Source: Candidatus Curtissbacteria bacterium | GTDB taxonomy: Bacteria > Patescibacteriota > Microgenomatia > Curtissbacterales > GWA2-41-24 | Length of the DNA: 64,000 nucleotides | Direction: 5' to 3' | NCBI GenBank assembly: GCA_030647775.1 | Contig: JAUSJC010000010.1 | Coordinates: forward strand, 433,334 to 497,333 | Part shown: positions 46,433-55,206 of the stretch, one piece after another | Layout: the number at the start of each line of letters is the position of its first letter | Position numbering within the stretch: the stretch's first letter is position 1 | The notes under the pieces: generated by a model | The model's input: only the letters and a program-made list of their open reading frames with translations | Databases searched by the model: none | What the model was told of the DNA's origin: nothing | Made by a program: the position numbers and the translations under genes

Positions 46433-47725
46433 ATGGAAAAAGAAGACGTAATCGAAAAAGACTTAGAAATAACAGCCGCCACCGGTGGTGCCGCGCCTGT
46501 TCAATTACCGGGTAAGGTTATTTCGGTTTTCCCGGCATTGGCGCACCGGAATTTTCAGCTCTATTTTGCCGGCCAGGCAATCTCTTTAATTGGTTTTTGG
46601 CTGCAGCAGGTTGGACTCGGCTTTTACGTTTTCCATCTTACCAATTCCCCGTTTTGGGTCGGTGTTGTCGCATCTGTCGGCGGATTGCCGGTTCTGCTTT
46701 TTACCACATTTGCCGGCGTTTATATAGATAAAGTCGATAAGCAGAAACTTTTGATTTGGACGCAGGTTGTCGAGGCCGCCATTGCTTTTATTTTTGGAAT
46801 TGCCGTTTTCACCCACACGGCCACTTTGCCCCTCATCATTGTTTTGGCTTTTGCCGGCGGAACGGTTACGGCACTCGACCTTCCGGCCCGCCTCACTTTT
46901 ATAGTGGAAATGGTTGGCAAAAAAGATTTGGCTAGCGCCATTCCTATCAACAACGGCGTTTTCAACTCCGCCCGTTTTATCGGGCCGGCAATCGCCGGGG
47001 CTTTAATTGCAACAGTCGGAGTGGGCTGGACCTTTATTTTAAACGGCCTAAGTTTTATTGCCGGTATCTGGGCAATTTCCAAAATGCGCCCCGTTTTTTC
47101 TCACGAACCGGAGAAAAATGTCCACCCCTTCGAATCGCTCAAGATTGGTATTAAATATTCATTTACCCACCCCCAAATTTTCTATTTGATGATTCTTGCC
47201 GCTTCCGCCGCCATTTTTATCTGGCCGTACCAGCCGCTTATGCCCGTAATTTCCGGGGAAGTATTTCAGTCTGGCGCCGCCGGTCTTGGCTCCCTTCTTT
47301 CTGCCGCGGGTGCCGGTTCCTTAACGGGGGCTTTTGTAACTTCCGCCCTGTCTCGTAGGAAAAACAAGGTACCGCAGATTATGGCGGGGCTTTTAATATC
47401 AAGTGTAACCATGATTCTGTTTTCCCTAAATACGAATTTTCTTGTTGCCCACATTCTTCTTTACATCATCGGGTTCGGGGTGCTGATTCAGGTCTCAACA
47501 ATTAACACTCTTGTCCAGCTGGCTTCGCCGGACCAGATGCGCGGCCGCGTGATGTCGGTTTACTTAACAATGTTTGTCGGCATGATGCCCGTCGGCGCTT
47601 TTCTTTCCGGGTTCATTGCCGATAGGACATCGGCACTGTTTACCATTGGGCTTGGGGGAAGCGCGATGCTTTTAATCGGCACAGCCTTTTATTTTAAAGG
47701 AGTCTTCAAAAACCTTGCACTTTGA
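46433..47725 (+). CDS. MFS transporter
   Basis: 12 predicted TM helices and MFS-like loop motifs. Confidence 0.75.
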   Translation: MEKEDVIEKDLEITAATGGAAPVQLPGKVISVFPALAHRNFQLYFAGQAISLIGFWLQQVGLGFYVFHLTNSPFWVGVVASVGGLPVLLFTTFAGVYIDKVDKQKLLIWTQVVEAAIAFIFGIAVFTHTATLPLIIVLAFAGGTVTALDLPARLTFIVEMVGKKDLASAIPINNGVFNSARFIGPAIAGALIATVGVGWTFILNGLSFIAGIWAISKMRPVFSHEPEKNVHPFESLKIGIKYSFTHPQIFYLMILAASAAIFIWPYQPLMPVISGEVFQSGAAGLGSLLSAAGAGSLTGAFVTSALSRRKNKVPQIMAGLLISSVTMILFSLNTNFLVAHILLYIIGFGVLIQVSTINTLVQLASPDQMRGRVMSVYLTMFVGMMPVGAFLSGFIADRTSALFTIGLGGSAMLLIGTAFYFKGVFKNLAL

Positions 47726-47732
47726 AGTAAAA

Positions 47733-47747
47733 TAGGGTCCGACCCTA
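47733..47747. repeat. REP-like 15-mer TAGGGTCCGACCCTA immediately upstream of the RAYT gene (overlaps its ATG)
   Basis: perfect quasi-palindrome with a C centre. Confidence 0.8.
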
Positions 47748-47904
47748 TGCCGGCTAAAAATTCTATTAAACAATTCGTAGAAAACGGAATCTATCACCTT
47801 TACAACAGGGGAGTGGAGAAACGGAATATATTCCTTGACGAGCAAGATTATTCGGTTTTTCTTGGTTACATCAAGCAGTACCTAGATGACACAGAGCCTG
47901 ATAC

Positions 47905-47919
47905 AGGGTCGGACCCTAA
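47905..47919. repeat. REP-like 15-mer (G-centre orientation) inside the RAYT gene, in frame (TGSDP)
   Basis: CAGGGTCGGACCCTA. Confidence 0.75.
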
Positions 47920-48173
47920 ATCATTAGCAGGTGAGATAGATCTTCTGGCCTTTTGTCTTATGCCGAACCATTTTCATTTTCTGGTTAAACAGACCACAAA
48001 AGATGGTATCACTAAGTTTATAAGGGCAGTGTGCACAAATTACGTCATGTATTTCAATAAGAAATACGACAGGGTCGGCACTTTATTTCAAGGCAAATAT
48101 AAAGGGCTTTTAATCGATAACGATGTTTATCTTTTGCATCTTTCTCGCTATATTCACCTCAACCCTCTTAAAA

Positions 48174-48188
48174 TAGGGTCCGACCCTA
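48174..48188. repeat. REP-like 15-mer (C-centre) inside the RAYT gene, in frame (IGSDP)
   Basis: TAGGGTCCGACCCTA. Confidence 0.75.
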
Positions 48189-48407
48189 AACAAAGCTATT
48201 CTAGTTACAGTTATTACCTCGGCAGAAAGCAGGCTAAATGGTTAAAGCCTGATACGGTCCTTGACTTTTTTAGAACAGCCAGCAAAACTAGCTTAACAGA
48301 TTATTTATCCTACGAAAGCTTTGTAGATGATTATGTTGAAGAGCCCGGAACGGTCATCGAGGATCTGACTCTTGAAGACGAGAGCGAAGATTAGGATAAA
48401 TTAGTAA

Positions 48408-48423
48408 ATTAGGGTCGGACCCT
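48408..48423. repeat. REP-like 15-mer (G-centre, inverted relative to the upstream copy) just downstream of the RAYT gene
   Basis: TTAGGGTCGGACCCTT. Confidence 0.8.
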
Positions 48424-48432
48424 TGGATTTGA

Positions 48433-48738
48433 ATGATTTTAATTCTCACAACCTTTCCCAATAAAACCGAAGCGGTAAAAATCGGCGAGGCGATTTTAGA
48501 CGAAAAACTGGCTGTTTGCTGGAATCTATTTCCGGTGGATTCAAATTATCGCTGGAAAGGCAAAATAGTAAAAGATAAAGAACTTTTGATGATCATTAAA
48601 ACCAAAGACGAAAACTTTGAGAAGATCGAAGATTTTATAAAAAAGAATCATTCCTACGAAGTTCCGGAGATTATATCCGTAAAAGCAAATAAAATAAACG
48701 CTTCTTATTTAGCTTGGGTCAATCAAGAAACTTCATGA
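48433..48738 (+). CDS. cutA: divalent-cation tolerance protein CutA
   Basis: ILTTFPNKTEAVKIGEAILDEKLAVCWN ... YEVPEI CutA1 signature. Confidence 0.8.
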   Translation: MILILTTFPNKTEAVKIGEAILDEKLAVCWNLFPVDSNYRWKGKIVKDKELLMIIKTKDENFEKIEDFIKKNHSYEVPEIISVKANKINASYLAWVNQETS

Positions 48739-49346
48739 GACTAATCGATCTGTCAGTACCGATCAACGAAGATACTCCGATTTATCCGGGAGATCCGAAA
48801 ACAGAGATTAAGCCAAATGGAGTTATGGATACAGATGGTTACGAGGACCATTTTGTTTGTGTCGGTACTCATGTGGGGACTCACGTTGATGCTCCTCGGC
48901 ACATGATTAAGGACGGCAAATCATTAGATCAAATAACACCTGATAACTTTGCGGGGAGAGGAATTGTCATTGACGTTAGAAATGGCTTTAGCCTCGAAAA
49001 GGTTAAAGCAGCTGATATAAAAGAGGGGGACATAGTGCTTTTCTACACCGGTATGAGCCATCGCTACCACCAGTCAGCTTATTATGATGCCTATCCGGCG
49101 ATTACGGAAGAAATTGCCGGATACCTAGTCGAGAAAAAAATAAAAATGGTCGGTGTCGATATGTGTAGCGTTGACCATGAGCCGTTTAAAGTCCACAAAA
49201 TTTTTCTAAAAGAGCAAATTCTCATAATCGAAAATCTCACCAACCTTGAAGCATTGATTGGCAGAGAATTTAAAATCTATGCTTTTCCGATAAAACTGCA
49301 AATCGACGGAGCACCGGCAAGGGTTATCGCAGAAATTTTAGGTTGA
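48735..49346 (+). CDS. cyclase-family protein (kynurenine formamidase-like)
   Basis: HVGTHVDAPRH metal-binding motif. Confidence 0.8.
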   Translation: MRLIDLSVPINEDTPIYPGDPKTEIKPNGVMDTDGYEDHFVCVGTHVGTHVDAPRHMIKDGKSLDQITPDNFAGRGIVIDVRNGFSLEKVKAADIKEGDIVLFYTGMSHRYHQSAYYDAYPAITEEIAGYLVEKKIKMVGVDMCSVDHEPFKVHKIFLKEQILIIENLTNLEALIGREFKIYAFPIKLQIDGAPARVIAEILG

Positions 49347-49715
49347 TTTCCTCTTAATTTCATTAATCCTCTTGTCGGAAATCCCGAAATGATGGGCAAT
49401 TTCATGCTCAACGGTGTCGATAATCAGCTTACGGATTTTCTCCTCATCTCCTCTTGCCAAAAATTCAATCGGTCCTCGAAAAATAGTGATTTTGTCAGGA
49501 ATCTGTAACCCTTGCCATCTTCCCCAAACCGTTTTTGGAATTCCGTGATAAAGCCCTAAAAGCAGGAGTCCTCTAGCAACTCTGCTGTTTGGCCACTCCT
49601 CGACCACGATACTTACATTATCCATTGCCGCCTTAAATTCTTCAGGCAAATCTTCGATAGCTTCATCAACCAGCTTTTCGAACTTGCTAATTTCCATCAA
49701 CTCAAATTTTACCAT
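49338..49715 (-). CDS. zincin-like metallopeptidase family protein (DUF1025-like)
   Basis: HEIAHHFG (HExxH) motif; N-terminus FEKLVDEAIEDLPEEF typical of the family; start moved to the internal Met (the ORF track gives 49838). Confidence 0.6.
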   Translation of the reverse strand: MVKFELMEISKFEKLVDEAIEDLPEEFKAAMDNVSIVVEEWPNSRVARGLLLLGLYHGIPKTVWGRWQGLQIPDKITIFRGPIEFLARGDEEKIRKLIIDTVEHEIAHHFGISDKRINEIKRKST

Positions 49716-49736
49716 TCTGCTAGAATTATTCCTGTC

Positions 49737-50420
49737 ATGTATAGAGAAGAAAGAAGGTTTAAAAATAGCAGAAGCCTGACACTTGCCGCCATTTACGAAG
49801 GCAAAAACAAAAACGCCCCGGTAGTTATCATGTGTCATGGCTATAGCAGTAGCAAAACAAGACCCTCTACAAGAACTTTAGCCAAAAGATTAACCAATGC
49901 AGGGCTGAGTGTTTATCGTTTCGATTTTACAGGCAATGGAAAGTCAGAAGGGAATTTAAAAAACCTTACACCAATTGTGGGTCTAGATGATTTAAAAAGC
50001 GCAATTAAAGATTTGGGCAGAAAAGATTTTGCCCTTTTTGGCTCCAGTTTCGGTGGCTATGTAGCATTGTTATACGCATTAGAAAACCCCATTATGGCAC
50101 TGGCACTGCGCGCGCCGGTTTCTAGCTACCCAGCCGTTTATGAGCCGAAATATAAAGAAGAAATGAAGAAAATTGTAAAAGAGGTAGCGGCAATAGATAT
50201 TTATAAGGAAGCAAAGAATATTAAATGCCCCGTACAAATTACCCATGGCGACGCCGACGATGTAGTACCAATTGCTCAAAGCAAAAAACTCCTCGAATCT
50301 TTATCAGGCATTAAACAGCTGGAGATCATTAAAGGGTCTAGGCATGCTCCAAAAGGAAAGTATTTGTCTAAATCAAATAGAGTTTTAGCCCAATTTCTTA
50401 CACAAACTCTGTTGAAGTAA
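49737..50420 (+). CDS. alpha/beta hydrolase (dienelactone hydrolase-like)
   Basis: GSSFGG nucleophile elbow; HGDADD; VIMCHGYSSS. Confidence 0.7.
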   Translation: MYREERRFKNSRSLTLAAIYEGKNKNAPVVIMCHGYSSSKTRPSTRTLAKRLTNAGLSVYRFDFTGNGKSEGNLKNLTPIVGLDDLKSAIKDLGRKDFALFGSSFGGYVALLYALENPIMALALRAPVSSYPAVYEPKYKEEMKKIVKEVAAIDIYKEAKNIKCPVQITHGDADDVVPIAQSKKLLESLSGIKQLEIIKGSRHAPKGKYLSKSNRVLAQFLTQTLLK

Positions 50421-50449
50421 GCATTTCCATCTGACATAATTAGCTTCAT

Positions 50450-53383
50450 ATGGCAAAACAGCAAAAATTTAAGCCCGTTGACCCAAAACAGGATTTTGTG
50501 GCGATGGAGAAAAAGCTTTTGGACTACTGGTACAAAGAGGGGATAGTCGAAAAATATCTCAAGAAAAACCGAAGTTCCAAAAAGAAATTCTCATTCCTCG
50601 ACGGCCCGATAACCGCCAACAACCCAATGGGCATCCACCACGCATGGGGAAGGACTTACAAGGATCTTTGGCAGCGTTTTTACAATATGCAGGGTTACGC
50701 CGGCCGTTTCCAAAACGGTTTTGACGAGCAAGGTCTTTGGGTCGAAGTCGAAGTCGAAAAAGAGCTGGGTTTTAAAAATAAAAAAGATATCGAAAAATTT
50801 GGAATCGACAAGTTCGTTAATCTTTGCAAAGAACGTGTCAAAAAATTCTCGCGCGTTCAAACCGAGCAAAGCAAACGCTTGGGTTACTTTATGGACTGGG
50901 AAAATTCCTATCACACCTCTTCTGACGAAAATAACTATGCCATCTGGAATTTCCTGAAAGTTTGTAATCAAAAAGGATATTTATATAAAGGCCGCGATTC
51001 CGTGCCCTGGTGCCCCCGTTGCGGCACGGCCATTTCCCAGCACGAAATCTTAACAGAAGAATACAAAGAAATAACCCACGATTCGATCTACTTCAAACTA
51101 CCTCTTATCGACCAGCCACACAAGTATCTTCTAGTATGGACAACCACACCCTGGACCATTCCCGGGAATGTTGCTGTAACCGTCGACCCTAAAGAAACCT
51201 ATACCGAATATCCCATTAGCAGTAACGAATATGTTTTAGTAATGAAAAAGGCCGTTGAGAGGCTAATAAAAGAAAAAGTATTAGAAAGAACTACCGCAAT
51301 AATAACGGATGAGGTTCTGGGGGCATCACTCCTCGACAAAAAATATATTGCCCCATTTGACGATTTTGAAGGAGTAAAGAAATCTCTAGATGGTTACGTA
51401 CATAAAGTCGTAGCAAGTGATGAGCAAATATTACCTATCTCGTCAGAAGAGGGAACAGGGATTATTCACCTTGCTCCGGGCGCAGGGGCAGAAGATTTTG
51501 CTATTTCAAAAAAAGAGAACTTACCAGTAGTCGAGCTAATCGATGAAGAAGCGAATTACCTTTCCGGCTTAGGCAAATTTTCTGGCCAAAGTGCTAAAGA
51601 CCATCCGGAATTAATCACGTCTTATTTAAAAGAAAAAGACAAGGGAAACTTTTTGCTCACAGTCCAACCTTACACTCATCGTTACCCGACTTGCTGGCGC
51701 TGCAAAACAGAACTGGTTTGGCGAGTCGTCGATGAATGGTATATCGCCATGGACCGTAAAGATCCCGATGACAAGAAGGGTCGGACCCTACGCCAGGAAA
51801 TGGTCGATGTCGCCAAAAAGATCACGTGGATTCCAAAGTTTGGCTTGGGAAGAGAGCTCGACTGGCTTAAAAATATGCACGACTGGCTGATTTCCAAAGA
51901 AAGATACTGGGGGTTGGCGCTGCCAATTTGGGAATGCACCAAGTGCGGCAGCTTTGAAGTCATTGGATCAAAAGAAGAACTAAAAGAGAGAGCTGTAGCC
52001 GGCTGGGACGGGTTTGAGGGGCAGTCTCCCCACAGGCCTCAAATTGACGAAATAAAAATAAAATGTTCCAAGTGCGCTGAAACAGTGACCAGAATTAAAG
52101 CGGTCGGCAATGTTTGGCTGGATGCCGGCATCGTGCCTTTTTCTACCATGTCCCAAGACTGGTTTCCGGCGGATTTCATTACCGAATCTTTTCCCGGCCA
52201 GTTTAAAAACTGGTTTTATAGCTTAATTGCCATGTCCACGGTTTTGAAAAATGAAAATTCTTTTAAAACCGTTTTAGGCTTCGCCACACTACTGGACGAA
52301 AAAGGCGAGGAGATGCACAAGTCGAAAGGTAACGCCATCGAATTCAACGAAGCCGCCGACAAAATCGGCGTCGACGTCATGCGTTGGATGTACGCAAAGC
52401 AAAACCCCGTTAATAATCTTTTATTTGGTTATCATGTTGCAGATGAAGTCCGAAGACGCTTTTATTTAATTCTTTGGAATGTTTATTCATTTTTCGTAAC
52501 CTACGCCAATCTAAACGACTTTTCTCTTCCCCGTCATTCTGGGGAGCGAAGCGACTCCAGAATCGATTCTGGACAAGTCCTTCGACTTCGCTCAGGACCT
52601 CAGGACCGTGAGTTTACCGAATCGGCCAGAGTGACAAAGAATGCCCTCGATAACTGGATAATCTCCCGACTAAACTCAACTATAAAAATGGTTACCGATT
52701 CGCTTACCAAATACGATGCTCAAATTGCCTCTACCGCCATTGAAGATTTTGTCATCGGCGATCTTTCTACCTGGTACATAAGAAGAAGCAGGGACAGGGT
52801 AGAGGAGGCGCTGCCTACGATCTACGATATTCTAGTCACGCTCTCAAAATTACTTTCACCATTCACGCCCTTTATCGCCGAAGAAATATATATGAATTTG
52901 GTAGAGGAGCAGTCCGTAAACCTTGCCGACTTCCCTACTTCCAACGCAAAACTCATTGATAAAAATCTCGAAGACCAAATGGCAATTGCACGGACTATTG
53001 TTGAAAAAGCCCATTCGGCAAGAAAAGAAGCCGGCATCAAAGTCCGCCAGCCGCTTGCATCTCTAACTTACGGTGAAGAAAAACTTCCCGAGCAAATCGA
53101 GAAAATAATCGCTGACGAAGTTAATGTTAAAGAAGTAATTACCAAAAAGGGATCAAAAATTACTCTCGATACTAAATTCACTCCGGCGCTAGTTGCAGAG
53201 GGTCAAGCCCGCGAGATAATCCGCAGTATCCAGCAGGCCAGAAAAGATGCCGGCTGTGATCTTGCCGAAAAAGTTACGGTGACACTCCCCGATTGGCCCA
53301 AGGAATTTGAGGAAGAAATTAAAAAGCAAACATTAACGTCGAAACTTGTTAAAGGCAAGAAGCTTGAAATCATTAGGTCTTAA
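50450..53383 (+). CDS. ileS: isoleucine--tRNA ligase (type 2-like) with a degenerate HIGH region and an in-frame repeat-derived insertion
   Basis: GFDEQGLWVEVEVEKELGF (compare IleRS GWDCHGLPIE), DWLISKERYWGLALPIWEC, KMSKS as HKSKGN; about 30-aa Ser/Arg-rich insertion at 52532-52610. Confidence 0.8.
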   Translation: MAKQQKFKPVDPKQDFVAMEKKLLDYWYKEGIVEKYLKKNRSSKKKFSFLDGPITANNPMGIHHAWGRTYKDLWQRFYNMQGYAGRFQNGFDEQGLWVEVEVEKELGFKNKKDIEKFGIDKFVNLCKERVKKFSRVQTEQSKRLGYFMDWENSYHTSSDENNYAIWNFLKVCNQKGYLYKGRDSVPWCPRCGTAISQHEILTEEYKEITHDSIYFKLPLIDQPHKYLLVWTTTPWTIPGNVAVTVDPKETYTEYPISSNEYVLVMKKAVERLIKEKVLERTTAIITDEVLGASLLDKKYIAPFDDFEGVKKSLDGYVHKVVASDEQILPISSEEGTGIIHLAPGAGAEDFAISKKENLPVVELIDEEANYLSGLGKFSGQSAKDHPELITSYLKEKDKGNFLLTVQPYTHRYPTCWRCKTELVWRVVDEWYIAMDRKDPDDKKGRTLRQEMVDVAKKITWIPKFGLGRELDWLKNMHDWLISKERYWGLALPIWECTKCGSFEVIGSKEELKERAVAGWDGFEGQSPHRPQIDEIKIKCSKCAETVTRIKAVGNVWLDAGIVPFSTMSQDWFPADFITESFPGQFKNWFYSLIAMSTVLKNENSFKTVLGFATLLDEKGEEMHKSKGNAIEFNEAADKIGVDVMRWMYAKQNPVNNLLFGYHVADEVRRRFYLILWNVYSFFVTYANLNDFSLPRHSGERSDSRIDSGQVLRLRSGPQDREFTESARVTKNALDNWIISRLNSTIKMVTDSLTKYDAQIASTAIEDFVIGDLSTWYIRRSRDRVEEALPTIYDILVTLSKLLSPFTPFIAEEIYMNLVEEQSVNLADFPTSNAKLIDKNLEDQMAIARTIVEKAHSARKEAGIKVRQPLASLTYGEEKLPEQIEKIIADEVNVKEVITKKGSKITLDTKFTPALVAEGQAREIIRSIQQARKDAGCDLAEKVTVTLPDWPKEFEEEIKKQTLTSKLVKGKKLEIIRS
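51777..51790. repeat. REP-like 15-mer inside ileS, in frame (KKGRTLRQ)
   Basis: AGGGTCGGACCCTA. Confidence 0.7.
52532..52610. repeat. palindromic element (GTCATTCTGGGGAGCGAAGCGACTCCAGAATCGATTCTGGACAAGTCCTTCGACTTCGCTCAGGACCTCAGGACC) inserted in frame in ileS
   Basis: shares the core CCTTCGACTTCGCTCAGGA with intergenic copies; encodes RHSGERSDSRIDSGQVLRLRSGPQDRE. Confidence 0.7.
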
Positions 53384-53525
53384 ACTGGTCATCCGAACTC
53401 GTCTCGGCATCTAGATCCTGAAACAAGTTCAGGATGACGCTAAGATTGCTTCGCGGAGTTTACCCCGACCTGAACAGATCCTTCGCTTCGCTCAGGATGA
53501 CAGGGAGGGGCGCGCAATGACATAA
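53384..53525. repeat. ileS-SEDS intergenic cluster of palindromic elements (GTCATCCGAAC...GATCCTGAA-acaag-TTCAGGATGAC; GATCCTTCGCTTCGCTCAGGATGACAG; CGCAATGAC)
   Basis: read directly. Confidence 0.65.
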
Positions 53526-53532
53526 TCTAAAA

Positions 53533-54576
53533 ATGCAACGTAAGTGGGATCTTCCGGCGCTTTTCCTGATTCTGGCGCTTGGCGCGATTTCTCTTTTGGT
53601 TATTTTCTCAATCAGCAGAAACCTTGCCACAAATCAGCTTATCTTTTGGATTATTGGCCTTGCCGTTCTTTCGGCAACATCACTTTTTCCCTACAATAAT
53701 TGGCAACGGCTATCCGTCCCCTTTTATATTTTTGTCCTTATTTGTCTTTTCCTCTTATTTTTTATTGGCCAGCCAATTCGTGGTTCTATCCGCTGGATCG
53801 ATTTGGGGCCATTCCGGTTCCAGCCTTCGGAACTGGCCAAAATCGCCAGCATTTTTCTTTTGGCCAATTTCTATAGCGAAAGGTCCGCCCGACAACTTAA
53901 AAATCTCATCACAAGTTTTGCCATCATTCTGCCGGCCATTGTTCTTATTTTCTTTGAGCCGGATCTTGGCAATTCTCTGGCCTTAATTGCCATTTGGTTT
54001 GGTATTTCCCTTGTTTCCGGATTTAAGCTAAAAACGATTGGCGTTTTTGTTTTGGCTGCCCTCATCTTTACTTTTTTTGGGTATGAGCTATTGTCCGGTT
54101 ACCAAAAGGACCGCATTGCCACGTTTATTAATCCGGCAAAGGATCCGCTTGGCACAGGCTACAACATTATCCAATCTAAAATTGCCATCGGTTCCGGTCA
54201 GTTCTTTGGAAGGGGACTGGGACACGGTTCACAGTCACAGCTTAAGTTCCTTCCGGAGGCGGAGAGCGATTTTATTTTCGCTTCGATTGCTGAACAGCTT
54301 GGTTTTCTGGGCGCAGTCCTAATAGTTTTACTTCAGGGCAGTTTAATCCTAAGGATCATCGGATTTTTGCAAAATGCCGAAAAATTCGGCCGGCTCGTCA
54401 TAATCGGCGCTGTTTCTTTTCTCCTTTTACAATTTATGGTTAATGTCGGCATGAACATGGGCCTTCTTCCCGTTACGGGAATCACTCTCCCGCTGGTTTC
54501 CTACGGCGGCTCCTCGCTAATTTCCACGCTTTTCCTCCTCGGAATTGTATTTTCAGTAAAGCGATATCAGTACTAA
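53533..54576 (+). CDS. second SEDS-family protein (RodA/FtsW-like)
   Basis: SEDS motifs FQPSE, PDLGN, VSYGGSS. Confidence 0.85.
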   Translation: MQRKWDLPALFLILALGAISLLVIFSISRNLATNQLIFWIIGLAVLSATSLFPYNNWQRLSVPFYIFVLICLFLLFFIGQPIRGSIRWIDLGPFRFQPSELAKIASIFLLANFYSERSARQLKNLITSFAIILPAIVLIFFEPDLGNSLALIAIWFGISLVSGFKLKTIGVFVLAALIFTFFGYELLSGYQKDRIATFINPAKDPLGTGYNIIQSKIAIGSGQFFGRGLGHGSQSQLKFLPEAESDFIFASIAEQLGFLGAVLIVLLQGSLILRIIGFLQNAEKFGRLVIIGAVSFLLLQFMVNVGMNMGLLPVTGITLPLVSYGGSSLISTLFLLGIVFSVKRYQY

Positions 54577-54650
54577 CCGAACCCTTCCGTAGCTCCCTTG
54601 GAGCGAAGGAGGGTCGGCGTCGTTTTTTCGGTAGAAAGATACCAGTATTG
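54577..54650. repeat. small GC-rich insert (CCGAACCCTTCCGTAGCTCCCTTGGAGCGAAGGAGGGTCGGCGTC) flanked by an imperfect duplication of the 3' end of the SEDS gene (AAAGCGATATCAGTACTAA / AAAGATACCAGTATTGAAA)
   Basis: read directly; the duplication is imperfect (5 differences over 19-20 nt). Confidence 0.35.
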
Positions 54651-54691
54651 AAAGCTGGAGCCGCAAAATGTTAGAATTCTTCCTTAATATG

Positions 54692-54994
54692 TGGGCAGTT
54701 ATTAAAACCGGCGGGAAACAATACAAAGTTACAGAAGGTCAGTCTTTGGCTGTGGAAAAACTCGATGGTAAAGACGGCAAGGTCACTTTTGATCAGGTTC
54801 TTGCTTTAGGCGGCGACAAAGTCCAGGTTGGCACACCATTCTTGGACAAAGTTAAAGTAACCGGTAAGGTTTTGGAACAATTCAGGGGTGACAAAATAAG
54901 GGTTGTTAAGTTTAAATCCAAATCGCGCTATACCAGGACAACCGGCCACAGGCAGAACCTTACAAGGGTTTTGATCGAGAAAATTTCCACTTAA
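54692..54994 (+). CDS. rplU: 50S ribosomal protein L21
   Basis: MWAVIKTGGKQYKVTEGQ. Confidence 0.9.
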   Translation, partial: WAVIKTGGKQYKVTEGQSLAVEKLDGKDGKVTFDQVLALGGDKVQVGTPFLDKVKVTGKVLEQFRGDKIRVVKFKSKSRYTRTTGHRQNLTRVLIEKIST

Positions 54995-54999
54995 CCAAA

Positions 55000-55130
55000 G
55001 CGTCATGCCGAACTCTAGCCCCGAGCGAAGCGAGGGCGCATGGCACTGTATATTTCGGCATCTTTTTAGATCCTGAATCAAGCCTTCGAGGCCGTGAGCC
55101 CTCAGGCCGAATCGGTTCAGGATGACAAAG
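55000..55130. repeat. rplU-rpmA intergenic cluster of palindromic elements (GTCATGCCGAA...TTCGGCATC including the CCGAGCGAAGCGAGGGCGCATGGCACTGTAT motif; GATCCTGAATC...GGTTCAGGATGAC)
   Basis: read directly. Confidence 0.65.
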
Positions 55131-55206
55131 GGAATAGATCAAATAGTAACGGAAATATCTCATTGACACTGCGTGAAAAGCACGGTAGAATTTCAACGGA
55201 ACTAAA

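Larger units (their letters stand above)
47747..48394 (+). mobile_element. REP-associated tyrosine transposase (RAYT; IS200/IS605 TnpA-like Y1 HUH transposase) with a C-terminal acidic extension
   Basis: HUH motif LMPNHFHFLV; catalytic Tyr region LSRYIHLNPLK; flanked on both sides by inverted copies of a 15-bp quasi-palindrome (47733-47747 and 48408-48423). Confidence 0.8.
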
